A stretch of DNA of 63,477 nt, the filler included, from Choristocarpus tenellus KU-1152 (Eukaryota > Protista > Phaeophyceae), in assembly GCA_964200185.2 (NCBI GenBank). It is 11 parts of 11 records of this genome, joined end to end, with 100 filler letters (N's around TTAATTAATTAA, not from the genome) between each part and the next. Parts side by side here need not be neighbours in the genome. Positions count along the whole stretch, not along the records: positions 50,311 to 59,533 come from CAXNAD020003864.1; positions 59,634 to 63,477 come from CAXNAD020017610.1; 9 more parts are not named here. The stretch is one strand, 5' to 3'. The notes beneath the pieces were generated by a model. The model was not told the DNA's origin and ran no database searches. It saw nothing but the letters and a program-made list of their open reading frames with translations. The position numbers and the translations under genes are program-made. Shown here piece after piece: positions 51,151-63,477 of the stretch (the stretch's first letter is position 1; each line of letters begins with the position of its first letter).

Positions 51151-53258
51151 TAAAACTTTGAGTGACTCTGAAAGAGGAAGAACCGGTCTGTCTGTAGAGG
51201 CTGTAGGTTTGTGAGTGAAGGATTTATACGGTACCTACATGAGAGGGACCCAAAACCTTTTCTCTTGAGCTTTCTCTTTGTCAGGAATGATTAAAGTATG
51301 TGTGAATGCGCAGTGGAGACTATGCCCAAGGACGAGAGTTGGTACCGGTAACGAACAGGCGCAGACGGATGGGCGCACAGGAATTACTTGGTTTATGATG
51401 TGTAGTAGTACGTATTATTATTAGGATTAAGGGAAGAATCCCACGAAATCCGTCAAGCCTCACGTAGATCATCGACACGGAGTCTCTGGTCATTTGAGCC
51501 GCAAAACACCTTTTTTAATTATTAGTTGAGAGCAGTAATTGATACCATCTGTCCTTTAAGCGTGATTTCATGGCTCATCCCTTATCATTTAAAACATTCA
51601 GTGGGTGGTCCTCTAATAAGTCGAGTCAGTTGGAGAGGAGACCCCCTTTCGTCGTAGACACAAATGATAACTTGAATTTCGTGCCATAAAGCGTGATTTA
51701 GGTCATGTTATATTGGATATAGATATGCCCTAAAGTGGACAGATATGCCTATCAAGGGTACGACAGAACCCTGTTTGTTGTCACATCTATACAACCTAAC
51801 ACACAATATCTTACTGTGTATACTTTAGCCATATCGTGCGCAGCAAAACATTCTGTCTTATTCCTCCTACCATTACACCTGGATCACCACACTTCACTGG
51901 GCATAAATATCGATGTAGTCATACATGGAAATTGTTGCACCATGGATTCAGATGGGGGCAATGAGATAGAGAGGTTGTGTTTCGATTTGTCACACTCCTG
52001 AGGAATGTATATTTCTGATCAGGAGATGAGTCATGATTGCAGAAACAGTGATGACAAGCTCATTGTTGTGGAATTACTTCTCCTCCAACTGGACAATAAT
52101 AGCCTTGTCACTGACAAGTCGCAGCTATCTGGCATGGGGTTAGGTTTGAGTTCCGAAAACACTGTTCGAGGCAGCGCTAGTCCAGCAGAGCAAAGCACGA
52201 AGAGAAGCATAAAAACATATTAGGTTATGCCGCCAGAGGGAGGCAATTACCTTTGGCTGAGAAAGGTGAAGTACTACCGGACTTGCTAGGGCACGCACAA
52301 TATGAACCAAGGCAACATAGCCAAGCGATAGATTGTTGATGCAAGATCTATCTCTAGAAGTCGAGATCAGGTAATGACGAGATTCAGGAGCAACTTCTTG
52401 CTTATGGAAAGGCCCATTAAGGAGAGTTGGGAGGTAGAGGCTGTGACCTTGACTTGGGAAGCTGCGGGAAAACCTTGAGATCAAGGCTGGCAAGCTCCCA
52501 ACCAACAAAAAAAATCGCTAGGGCTCAGGAATGGCTGCAACTGGAAGAGAGCGGAAGAAGAGTGTAGTTGGGGCTTTGACGCAGGACCTTAGGGACAAGG
52601 TTGTGGAAAGTATTTGGTGATATTAGCACTACAAGTTAGGCTGGTGAGGAAGGTAGCAGGGGTGAACCGTCAGGAGACCATAGCGAGGCACATGATAGTG
52701 ATATGATGATGGTGGTGATGGCGGTGGAGGGGCGAATCTTCCTTCAACTACTCCCTTTTTTGAAGAGGCACAAATACCTTCTTGAATTTGAGGCGAGGGC
52801 GAAAGCAAGTGGATTGTTGATGGGGTGAACGTTGTTGGTGCAAAAGACAATAATTGAGTTCTTTTGTGCTTTTGTTTTGAGAGACCTTATTCAATGTGGA
52901 CGGATACCAATGATGGTGTAATATATTTATGTGGTTTTGTTTTCTGCACAAAGAACATTGGAGGGACACGACGTCATATCTGATTGAACAAAATAAAGCA
53001 ATGTGTATGTGGATGACATTCTCCATATTGTATGCCAATTTAAGGCGTGCTAGGTGTATCCAATCATCAATAACAGACCTATTTTCGGTCGGGATAAATT
53101 CACCTTAAAGGGAGCCACCTAAATTAGTGAAGTATATTTAGTATAGGAAAAAAATGTCAGAACTTGAAGTCGTTTCAGGATTTTCCCTCCTATAACGACA
53201 CTACTCGTCAAAGAACCACAATCCTTCGTACAAGTATAGAGGTCCATTAATAGAGGTG

Positions 53259-55606
53259 ATGGATCCTATAGTCCACCTCGGGCTTCTTCCACTCAAAAAT
53301 TACTGCCCTACGTGCGCCTCGTGCATTTATCCTAGTTGGAACTTCTGCAAAACATGTGGTAAACAAATTCCAGATGGCGTTAAAACAAGGTCAAAGTGTC
53401 CCTCTATGCAGGGTGTGTCCTGCTTGGAATCCAACCTCGAGAAGACGCGTTCCATTTATGAAGGACAACAGCCCTCTCCCAGGACGTACATCAAGACCAA
53501 ACGATCGCTTCTACGCCCAGGACATCAACAAAAACTACAGCAGGTAAGGGGTGATAGAACTTGGCATTTGACTAATGCCCTGTTTGGCGAACAGCATGAA
53601 GCACATCTCGTCGTTCTAGCATTAAGCACTAATATTTTGCTCGTCAAACCTATCATTTTATACCCAACGCTATTTCTCACCACAAGTGGCGACGGCAGTC
53701 ACGAACCCAAGAGCACTTGGTCATCGCCCTTCAGACCGAGAACAACAAGGAAAGGACTCAGGAGCTATCACGTTCCGTATCGGACTTGAGAGAGGTGGTG
53801 CGGCAAGGTCGATTGGTTCGGGAAGCTAATACTATACGAGCTGGAAATATTAGCGGGGAATCTCTATACGAATCACAAGGTTTTCGTCAAGTACAAGCAA
53901 GAGAAAGGCGTCTCAAACGACGAGAGAAAAGGACGCTAGACGAGGAAGTTGACCGCCAACATGACGATGCTTCCCGCCTACACCTTCGGGCCGGTCAATT
54001 CCCAACAGGAGAAAATGAGCCAGATCGTTCTAGTACTCTTACTCCCCTTCCAACCAAACCATCGCCATGGATTTCACGTATCTCATTTAAGTCACAAGGA
54101 TTTCAGCAAAAGAGCTGGTTCTGGGGTTCTGGAGACGAAATGGATGCTAGCGGCAAGACTTTAAGCAAGGTGCCTGGATCTGGCAATGTTGGATCCTTTT
54201 GGGGAAAAGGGTCGCATCCTCAGTCACATTCTAGTGAATCAAACTCCTGTGCTGCAGTTGAACTGCTGCATGACCCGGAAACTAATGGACACTCAACACC
54301 GCACCTCATCCTACCTCCTGCGGGAAAGGCAGGAGGGTCAAATACTTCTTCAGATGTTGAAGCCAATAGTCAGCAAAGGCGCCTTCTCCATGTTGTCATG
54401 ACGGTAAAGGCTGCTGTCCACTCCTCTCACAACCGCGCAGCAGAGTTCGCCAATCTCCTACTGCAGAGGAATGTTCCCAAGGAGGAATGCCTTGCCAAGG
54501 CAGACTCTGTGGTTAGGGCAGCAGAGGCTGCTGTTAGCTCTGCCAATGCAAGTTTACTAAGGTTGGAGCTTCAGCTAGGGGAAAGTTGTGAAGATACTTC
54601 AAGGGTCACCATGTTGAACGACTTTAATAGTGAGAGTGAGAGGAGTGGAGACTCAGCAATGCTCCTGGTCATAGATCAGGTGACGGAGCAGTTGCAGCTT
54701 GCACAAGAGCTGCAGGCAGTAGCACTAGCTGAGAGGGCCAAGGCAATAGCAGGGTACGCATTGCAGGATGCTGCTGCAACTACCCTACAGGCACAAATAC
54801 GGGGATTCATTTACCGAGCCCATAATGGAAACCGCAGTTGCATCCAGAAGCCACAAATAGCGCAGAGAATGACTTTTCCAGAGTTGGAGATCTCTTCTTC
54901 CGTTGCTTGTGAGTGTTGTCCACCTGAGTTAGACTCAGGTGTGGACCATAGTCTTCCAGATCATACCGTTGCATGCAGAGGGCCAGAAGAATCACATGGA
55001 ATAAGGGCTACCTGGGGGAGCAGAAGAGACTACATGCACCACACTGAAGACGGTGTCAATAAGGAACAAAATTGGCTTGAAAAGGAGAAGGAAGAGAGTT
55101 GGCAAACTCTACCAATGACAGAGGGCAAGGAGAAGAACGAAGGATGGACCAAAACAGTTATGAGATCGGCTGTCATGATACAGGCAGCTTACCGATCTCA
55201 TCGCAGTCGAAAACATGTGCTTATGTCTGTAAACTCAAACTTTACCAAACATTTCGATGAAGTCCAGGAATTGTTCTTCTATCACTCTAAAGAGACGGGT
55301 GTAAGCCAATGGAACCGACCATATGGGTTTGGAGATCCATTCCAGAAGTGCCCTATGGGGGCACAAGAGAGAAAGCCCTCACTGAATCCCATCAAAGCTG
55401 CAATAAAAATACAGAAAATACTACGTGCTGCCATAGCTCGCCGCCATGTATCTAACCTCATCAAATTTTCTGGGAGATACGAGAAATGGATGGACTCTGC
55501 GACCGGTAATCACTATTACTACGATGAGGAGCTTGGAGAGACCTCTTGGGACATGCCATTCGGACTTCTACAACAAAGGGATCTGCGTACTGCTGGCAAT
55601 GCATGA
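53259..55606 (+). CDS. ~734-aa protein: N-terminal zinc ribbon, three IQ motifs, two WW-like domains
   Basis: Exons 53259-53543 (CAG|GTAAGG) and 53687-55606 (AAG acceptor) join in phase 0. Zinc ribbon CPTC...FCKTCG. IQ: LQAQIRGFIYR, IQAAYRSHRSR, IQKILRAAIAR. WW: FTKHFD...FFYHSKETGVSQWNRP and YEKWMDSATGNHYYYDEELGETSWDMP. Confidence 0.85.
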
Positions 55607-56880
55607 AAGAAAAAAATACTCCTGAACGGATACAAATGAATCAAGAATGCTGGTTGGTTTTAAAGGCCAAGAGATTGGAAAGAAAGGCCATTGCGCATCA
55701 CAGTTTATAAGTGTGAGTTCTGTGCGATGTTGAGGCTTGTGGTGCATCTTTGATGCTTGCTTTTTTCGTTATACAACGATACTAAATCTACAGAATGAAC
55801 CACCTAGATAGTCCACGATCTTACCCATTGCTCAATATGTAAGTTCACAAATGTACAGACAGACTTCTATGCAACACATCGTTAGGCCTTTCTCCCAATC
55901 CCATCCAAGGCACCCCGTCATTCTTGTTGTACACATGTATGTGCTGCTTTTAATATCATCTGAGTTTACGTTACTTTGCCCCAAAACACTTACCACAGTA
56001 GTGGCATTCCTTCGTCGTACCCTTATCCACTTGCTGCATCCTATTTTGTGATATTGTTGTGGCAGCAGCTTTCAACTCATAGCATGGAATTGTTCAGCAC
56101 CCGACTGTACCCTCTAATTTCGATGTCTTGACTGGGTCCTCTTGCGTTATGCCTAACCAGCACCACCTTCAAAATGAGGCATAAAAAATTTGAGGAGGCC
56201 GTGCACTATAAGCGTCTCACACAGGACTGTCTCCTTTGGTGCTTCACCTCCAATCAAGGCCAACATATTGCAGACATTGTTGTCGGTGGTGTGCTTGCTG
56301 ACCTATGGACATGTTCATTGCAAATACAGTCTACACTACTATGTGTGATAGGGAGTTTGTTTAATGACGAGGAGAGGCCTTGGGGAGTAATGGAAAAGGG
56401 AACCCTGACACTTGAAGGTCAGTGAGCAAAATTGACTTTGATGGTAGGGCAATCAGAATCATTTGTTCTTTTGTCTTTGATCTAGAAACAGTATGACTAA
56501 TGCTATCAGGTTCTTAAAGTAGTTGCCATTATGCAGACTTGCTTCGTTTTGTGATATTCCCACCAATGCTCCTTTTTGTAGTACAGTACTTCTCTTCTTT
56601 GATTGTTTTGACATAATGCATGTGCTGCTCTCACAATTAAACTATGTGCCTACTACACCTCATCCCTCAACTACCCTCCAGGATTAACGGGAGATTGCCT
56701 TGGAACTTGTGGTAGCACAAATGAATTGGTACTTTGAGCTGTTGGCTATGGGATTATGCAGAAAAAAACTACCATTTTTTGCATTCAGAGTTTATGAGTG
56801 TCAAGTAGCTATTGGGTACATTTTTTTTATTTACTGTGGGTATCATAGCTCTACATTTGTCTTACCAACCACACAGTGAT

Positions 56881-57061
56881 GGCTCAAAGTATCTGGAGGG
56901 TGTGGGGGGGTCTACACCAAGGTGTCCATTTGGGTCATGATCAAGAAACGTGCACAAACGTTATCCACCCGACGTATGCAAACAAATCACCCCAAAATCG
57001 CGACATGGAAAAAATTGGCCCCAAATGGACAATCGCCACCCCCCCTCAGATACTTCGAGTC
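56881..57061 (+). mobile_element. MITE family 2 with 4-bp TSD TGAT
   Basis: TGAT|GGCTCAAAGTATCTG...CAGATACTTCGAGTC|TGAT. Confidence 0.9.
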
Positions 57062-57117
57062 TGATGGCTGGGGTAAGGGGAGGAGCAGGATCGATTGACC
57101 TAGTCCAGGTTGCTTAC

Positions 57118-57710
57118 CCAGGGAATGGAGTACTTGTCTCTGAGCTTGGCAGACCTTTGGTTATACGGTGGGTATGGACTACGTACGTCATCAGAACATG
57201 TAGTATGATAGCTCTTTTTGACAGCCAAAATGTTTTTGGGTAGGGGACGTTTCATCACAGGCATATCTCTTTTACGAAAGATCTGGGGTGCCTCTTTTGA
57301 AGCTCCTTCTCTATATTTGTGAGACCTGCACACCGGTAATGAGATGGAGCAAGAGGGCAAATATTGAGATCTAGAGTTCGTAACCCTTGAGTTTGGCTTG
57401 TTGTTTTCCAGAGTTGTTGCTGTAGCTGTGTCTGTGCTCCCTTTAAAGTTTATCTTGTTTGTACCCTTTAGTGAAGTACTATTCTACATTTAATCAACAA
57501 TTTAGGGCAATGCTGGTGATAAACCAGTGGGTTGATGTCCTACAGTATACGGTGCATCTTCTGGTGTGAGCATGACGACATCATCAACAACAAAGCAACG
57601 CTTCACCTTCCTGCAACCCATCCAGACATGCTCCGGCTGAGTAAATTGATTCAGAGATGCCCACATCTCTGGCGTTACAAAGAGTATCTCGCAGTTTGAT
57701 GCTTCTGGCC
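57118..57710 (-). CDS. Two candidate internal exons of an unknown gene
   Basis: 57710-57551 and 57325-57118 are bounded by pyrimidine-rich CAG acceptors and GT donors and splice in frame (EILFVTPEMWASL...CFVVDDVVML...). Confidence 0.4.
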
Positions 57711-57817
57711 CTGGGTTGGGAAAAAGGGGGGAAGGGGTCCTTTTCAGTCTTCAAACCTTTAAAGCTGAGGACAACAAACAACAAAGCTATGGAAGGCACG
57801 AAGGATGTTTTGGGGAA

Positions 57818-58342
57818 GAGTGGAGGTATCTCAGAGGGTACGAGTTTTGCCCTGTTTGTCCGTTTGGGGCTTGGCTTCCCATGGGTTTTTTAGGACTTTT
57901 TACGTACTCCGAAATATTTCGGAGTAGGTAAGAATGTATCTGTTATGAAACGGCTTGTCTGGAACAAGGATATTGACACTCCCTAGCAAGCAAGATAGTC
58001 AAAATTACATCCAAATCGCAACATGCGATTTTGGCCCCCAATTGGACGCGGTCTACCCTCTAGGGTGAGTGGAGGTATCTTAGAGGGTACGAGTTTTGTC
58101 CTGTTTGTCTGTTTGTGTCTTGACTTCCCACGGATTTTTTACGACATATTACCTACTCCAAAATGTTTTGAAGTAGGTGAAATATTTATGTTATGAAAAG
58201 ATGTATCCGGAATAAGGATATTGTATATACTTCCTATCAAGCACGATCGCCAAAATTACGTCAAAATCGCAACATTGGGTTTTGGTCCGCAATTGGACCT
58301 GGCTCTACCCTCTGAGATACTTTGACTCAGATACTTCGACTC
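57818..58342 (-). mobile_element. Nested pair of MITE family 1 copies
   Basis: The inner copy 58067-58328 sits within a TIR of the outer copy; the remaining AGATACTTCGACTC follows it. Confidence 0.85.
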
Positions 58343-60329
58343 ATCAGAGTGGTCACTCACACAAATTACTTCACCCCCCTTGGCAGTCACAGCTCAACAA
58401 TCGCCTTGCCCCTTTCCTCCTTCTCTCCTGACTTTTAATTTTTTTATTGTCTTACTGGCAATGTCATCTTTTGGTTCAGTATCCCACCATGCAATCAAGA
58501 CACTGAAGGTCCAATAGGCCCCTTGCTTCTTCTACTCCAATAGCCTCAGAGGTAATAAGCGGGATCTTGACTCACACCTGTATGTATTATTGATTCTCAC
58601 AAACAAAATGTTTCGCACTTTCCCCCCTACTTGATTTTCATAAAAACAGTGGCATCTCTTCCACTGACACCTATCTGACTGCTGCAGACATCAAACAACA
58701 ATAGATTCCCTGAGCTCCATCATGACATTCAGTGACAATGATGTTTCCATCAACTACCAGTGTGTTTGGCCAAAATGTATCAGTGCAAACCTTTGCAAAT
58801 CACCTGATCAAAGGAGGATAGAGAATATACCACAATTCTCTACTGCTGTACTATGTTGCAAGCAGCAGGGTGTGGATTGGATATGAGATCGCTTCAGTCG
58901 AGACGGCACTTCAAAGTAGTCTGTTAAATCTAGTTTGTATCATGCGCTTGTTGAAAAACATGTTACTTAAGTAGTGCATTACGTATGTCACACCCTGGAC
59001 AAGACAACAGGATAAGATCTGTATATATAATAACAAATATAAACTTTGAAGTAAGTATAATAATAAATGCAGCATTGAAAAAAATGATAAATTGATTGTT
59101 ATTATTATGGACACAACATAGTTGTGTTATGTATGCTTTGGACTTGAAATAGATAAATTCTCGAATGCCTATTGAGGTCACCGCTCAAGACTAGAAAGAG
59201 TGAGTTTACAAAAATTGGAATTTTGTAGGGCATTTGATATTTCTGCTAGGTGGAACAAAACGAGCTTTTCTGGTCTGGCGAGGACTCCAGTCAAACCAAG
59301 CTCAACCAAACTCATTGCTCCACAATAAACTCTTCAAGAGATACAAACAGGGATCTTTTTGCCAAGGATCCTTTCTACAATTGTACAAAATGGGGTCTTT
59401 TTTCCCTTTCTCGGAATCCTTAGATTGCACCCCTGCTTACGTTACAGGCGCCCCTCGATGCTCACCTCCACAGGATGTACAAGGCAAGTCCAATTAACAG
59501 ATTAACGAACGTCAGCTCAGCCGAACAGGGGTANNNNNNNNNNNNNNNNNNNNNNNNNNNNNNNNNNNNNNNNNNNNTTAATTAATTAANNNNNNNNNNN
59601 NNNNNNNNNNNNNNNNNNNNNNNNNNNNNNNNNTAAAGAGGCGATTGGACAAGGATATATAATGTCACTCCTCATCCTATCATGAACGCAGCAGAATAGA
59701 AATGAATGTCACTTCCAGGTCCTAACATATCAGTAGGCAGCATTGAGGATCCAGCGGAGGATGAAGCCTGGAGGAAAAACCCCCTTCCAACGTTTGCCCT
59801 GTCAACAGATATGTTAGCGCGACACTTGCACCTCATGGCACTCACTCTGTAATTGACTCAACGTTCAAAAGAAAACTCCTACACCAGAGTCTCATACACA
59901 CGTCAAAAGTAGGGTACTGTCTAAAAAGACTCCACCCCTTTCAAGATAGATAAACACAAATACAGACAAAAAACCATAGTAGCACTGAACTTGGGTATTG
60001 CCATGGACTCTCCCCCTTCAGAACTAAAACACTGCAACGACAGAACACTAAGAGACCATGACTCATAATCAACAACGAGATTGGGTGCTGTCATGGAAAG
60101 GCTTACCCTTGCTAGGAACTATGAATATATACAATAAAAAATATCAGTGCAGAGCATCTCAGCAATTTATCCCTCTTCACAACTATCAGCAAAAATGAAT
60201 ACAGACAAAAATTACAATAGGACTGAAATAGGGTGTTGTCATAGACTCTTCCCCCTTCAGAACTATAAACACAAACAATAGAAGACAGGATTCATGTCTC
60301 AAATACAAATAAAAATGTTTAAAAACCAC

Positions 60330-60620
60330 ATAAGATAGTAAATGCCATAACAAGGCTATTCACACTGGTTGGAATGCGAAAAGGCAGACATGCTATTCGC
60401 CTGTAACATGCCCCCCAGCGCGAACTAGGAATACATGCTTCACGCCTACCACAGGCGATTATCTCAGGCCAGGACAATAAATATCCTCTATCACCTCGAA
60501 TCGTGCTGCGGCAGCACGTATTAATTGCCACATGGCGACATAGGGGCTCCAGTTCCGACTCTGCCATTTTTTTTGCAACCTAGAGACTCCAGTTCCAACT
60601 CCGTTCCCACTATGCCAGTT
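60330..60620 (-). mobile_element. LTR retrotransposon 3' remnant (RNase H-like fragment, PPT, LTR start)
   Basis: Minus-strand GCTGGGGGGCA-TGTTACAGGCGAATAG at about 60420-60392; weak RHVAI...IYCP...IIAC upstream across frames. Confidence 0.45.
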
Positions 60621-61234
60621 GTTTCCAACAACTAAACCCGTGGATTCTAACAATCGCCAGTATATATCCTCGTTTCTTTTGAGACTGTAGAAAGGGGTTG
60701 AGTTATTGATGCATGGGCGCGATGCATAAACACGTTGATCCGTCATGGCTGCTGCAAGAGTTCTCGCAAGTCTGGCCTTGGGCAGGAACATCACCAAATC
60801 ACTGATTCCCACTGGAACCTGTGAAGTAAAAGAGCACCGTGACACACGAAAAACAGATTGGGATGTAAACTGATGTGAGTGTACGAATGGTGAGGAAGAA
60901 CTACCTAGGCAACATCTATGCCATGGCGGTCAGAAACCACTCGTTTACGACTATAGGTGGATGATGTAGCGGTCAGAGACCACTCGTTGTAAAACTATAG
61001 AAGGATGATGGTTCCCTCAGAGCCACGGATGGCATCACACCAAAGGAGAGGACGAAGCCAAGCAGAAGGAAGTCCAGCGGACGATGAATGTGATCCAGAA
61101 TCATCCAAGGAGACCTCCGGACCAGGTGAAAAAAATAAATTTCCAGGCTATCGTAGGGAGCTACCAAGAATCCTAAGTGTTGAGGTGAAGGAGGAGTATT
61201 CTCTCCAGTTTGAAGAGAGGCAGTAGGACCTCCA

Positions 61235-61541
61235 TGTTACAGGCACCACCGAAAGCTTACCTCCATACGATGTATTGCTCCAATCTACGGGCTTATAGAT
61301 GATACTAATGTACGTATAGGACTCCTGATGCACAAGTCGTCAAGTATGCTGGATCTCTCAACTCGATTATCATCAATATCATCGTATGAAAAAGGAACTG
61401 ATCAACGATGTCATATCACAATCGGGGACCATTATGACGAAATAATAAATAAATAATCAAGAAGTACGAATTTATAAAATCTAGAACTTCAATGCCTCAA
61501 TGGTGTTTATGAAACCGCCATCAAGACATATCGCCTGTGAA
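61235..61541 (+). mobile_element. LTR homologous to solo LTR 25894-26211
   Basis: TGTTACA start; shared GTCGTCAAGTAT.CTGGATCTCTCA and GTTTATGAAACCGCCATCAAGACATATCGCCT. Confidence 0.8.
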
Positions 61542-61599
61542 ACCTGTATAGTATATGATCACTACTTACTGCTCACTCTGCATGGTAGCAGCAGAACAT

Positions 61600-63330
61600 T
61601 TGATCCCTTTTCTTGGTAGAAGTTAACCAATATACAAACTCAGTCAATACGTGACACACATGAATCGACTAGGAAATTGACTTGAGTCTATTTTACGTTT
61701 TCTCATAGATCAAACAACCCTGGCATCTCGTATAGTTTTAATTGGAAGGTGTTGCATCCTCTTCAGCCTTCGAATTCAATTTGCTATTTACCTCAACGTG
61801 CAACTGTATGTAAAAATACTTGGAGTTAATACATCCACAAGACCTTCTCTGGAAAAAACAAGCTTCTACTCGGAACATGCACCACTACCATGGACCACAG
61901 CACTGAATAGTGCCACAGTTGATGTTATTCAACCAGCCTCTTAACAGGACATGTTACAACACTTATCACATTGAATTCCACCAGTGCTTCGCTTCAGTGC
62001 ACTAGTTCACCTCTTCGACTTACAAGACTTAAAGCCTCTACAGAGAACACTCGATGAGAACCAACATGTCATGCAATTCAAGGTCTCTACAGTCCTACCC
62101 CCTCGAATTGTAGTCATCTATCCCGACCTTGATTTTTGGTCATTCTGTTGGGTCAAACTCATCCACGAACCTACGATATGTTGTCTGCGCCAGGTGCACC
62201 TTCTCCAGTTTCGCCAATCTTATCATTTCCCCGAGATGCTCCGCAGATCAACTTTGGGTTTATGTTCTCCGCTACTGGCAGCGCTTGTTGCTGTTGCTGT
62301 ACCGCATATACAGCAACGATAGTCCTCTCAGCGAGCTTTTCTATCGAAAAATTATATTTCCATCTTAAAACAACATCCATCCCAACTCTTTACGAACCAA
62401 TGACAGAACGACTTGCCTACAGCGACTTTCAATGACAAAATGTATTAAAATAAGCTATTGTTGTTCGTTGACACGTCTTCCTCCTTTGGCCGTTTATGTG
62501 CAAGTTACTTTGGGAGGTAATGCTATGTTTTTGTAGGGAAGATAAGAAGGTGTGAAGCCTCACACGCCCCCCATTGCTGAACGTGATTACATTGTTGAAT
62601 TTAGAAGAGTGACCTTTGTAGGGTGTCTTCTCATTGCTTGTTTTATTATTATTTTAATCTCAGACATAAGTCCATGGTTATGTCAAAGTAGTTGAATGCA
62701 GAATAAATACCAATACGTAATCCCATACATAATCCGCATATACTACTTCATTAGTTACATCACATGGACTCAACTAAACAAAATAATCTGATATACACAA
62801 AATAAGGTGAACCTCACTATTGTCCTATTTTGCACACTCCCCCACGAGAGTGCAGGCAATGAGAAATTGTTGGAACTCTCAAACCTAAAACATCTTATTG
62901 TGTACACTCCCCATTCTGTACACTTGCCATGAAAATGGACGTAAAAGACGTCAGATTGGTTCAATTCTCACACACATCACATTTATCTTGTCAACGCAAA
63001 AAAATAACACTGATTGCTTGAACTCAAACATACGTCATTCGTCTAGTCAACACAGTGTCTACGAAGTCTTGTACTTACTTCTTTAGATGCACCAACACAG
63101 TGATGTACAATCGTGTCCCATGATGACCCCTTGCTTAGTTTATGGTTAAGAATTTGAACCAGCCTCCTTGTTCTGTTTCTCTTGTTGGACGTAGCACTCA
63201 CTTCCCCAGGCGTGAAGCCTATAATAATTGAATGTCTTGTACATCCTCTCGTTGAGTGAAGTCCTGTGCCACCAACTTGGCCTTGACTAAACGTACAATA
63301 TTTCCAGACGATATACCACATCCATCATTG
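61600..63330 (-). mobile_element. Decayed Copia-like remnants
   Basis: GNIVRLVKAKLVAQDFTQRE (Copia RT KARLVAQGFTQ) and WGSECYV...KQGVIMGH near 63120-63310; PPT plus LTR start near 62565. Confidence 0.65.
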
Positions 63331-63477
63331 CTTTCCTCAGTCTCCTCCAACTCGTTGCCACCGTCAATGTTGTCCTCAGTCTCCTCCATAAGTTCACCGA
63401 TATCCCAGGGTGCCTCTGATATAGAAGACGGTTTTGGCTCTAAGTATCTGGGAGGGGGTGGCGTCTGTCCAGTTTGG

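Noticed and set aside
50640-52600. Scattered minus-strand exon-like segments (e.g. LIRELERDYFKLRSL at ~50643-50810)
   Set aside because: Could not be chained into a consistent gene model or assigned to a family.
1-63477. Fanzor/TnpB or other RNA-guided nuclease, rRNA or intact tRNA genes
   Set aside because: No RuvC motifs with a zinc finger, and no rRNA or cloverleaf signatures seen by eye; a profile search would be needed to exclude highly decayed copies.

Overview
Eukaryotic nuclear DNA, not prokaryotic. It is 11 short contigs joined by ten artificial 100-nt N-TTAATTAATTAA-N linkers, so adjacency across linkers is meaningless. An Lhcr-type antenna gene with a bipartite ADA-FVAP plastid presequence, spliceosomal introns, TTAGGG motifs and RTE-type LINEs point to a photosynthetic stramenopile, probably a brown alga (inference). 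Host genes reconstructed by hand: the 3' end of MCM6, a PH-like domain gene, an Lhcr gene, internal exons of TBL1/TBLR1 (one GC donor), a zinc-ribbon/IQ/WW gene, and two candidate spliced genes the ORF track misses. Most other sequence is decayed mobile DNA: RTE LINEs, LTR remnants and solo LTRs, a full-length plant-type mariner, an intron-containing Sola-type (DUF7869-like) transposase pseudogene, and two related MITE families with AAAGTATCT inverted repeats. The most unusual locus is a minus-strand multi-exon pseudogene at about 30.6-37.1 kb with a ParB/DGQHR-like motif. Its predicted first intron carries a 78-bp x12 array and three ~232-bp repeats that are complementary to a segment in a downstream intron. 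All protein-family calls come from motif recognition by eye, not from database searches.
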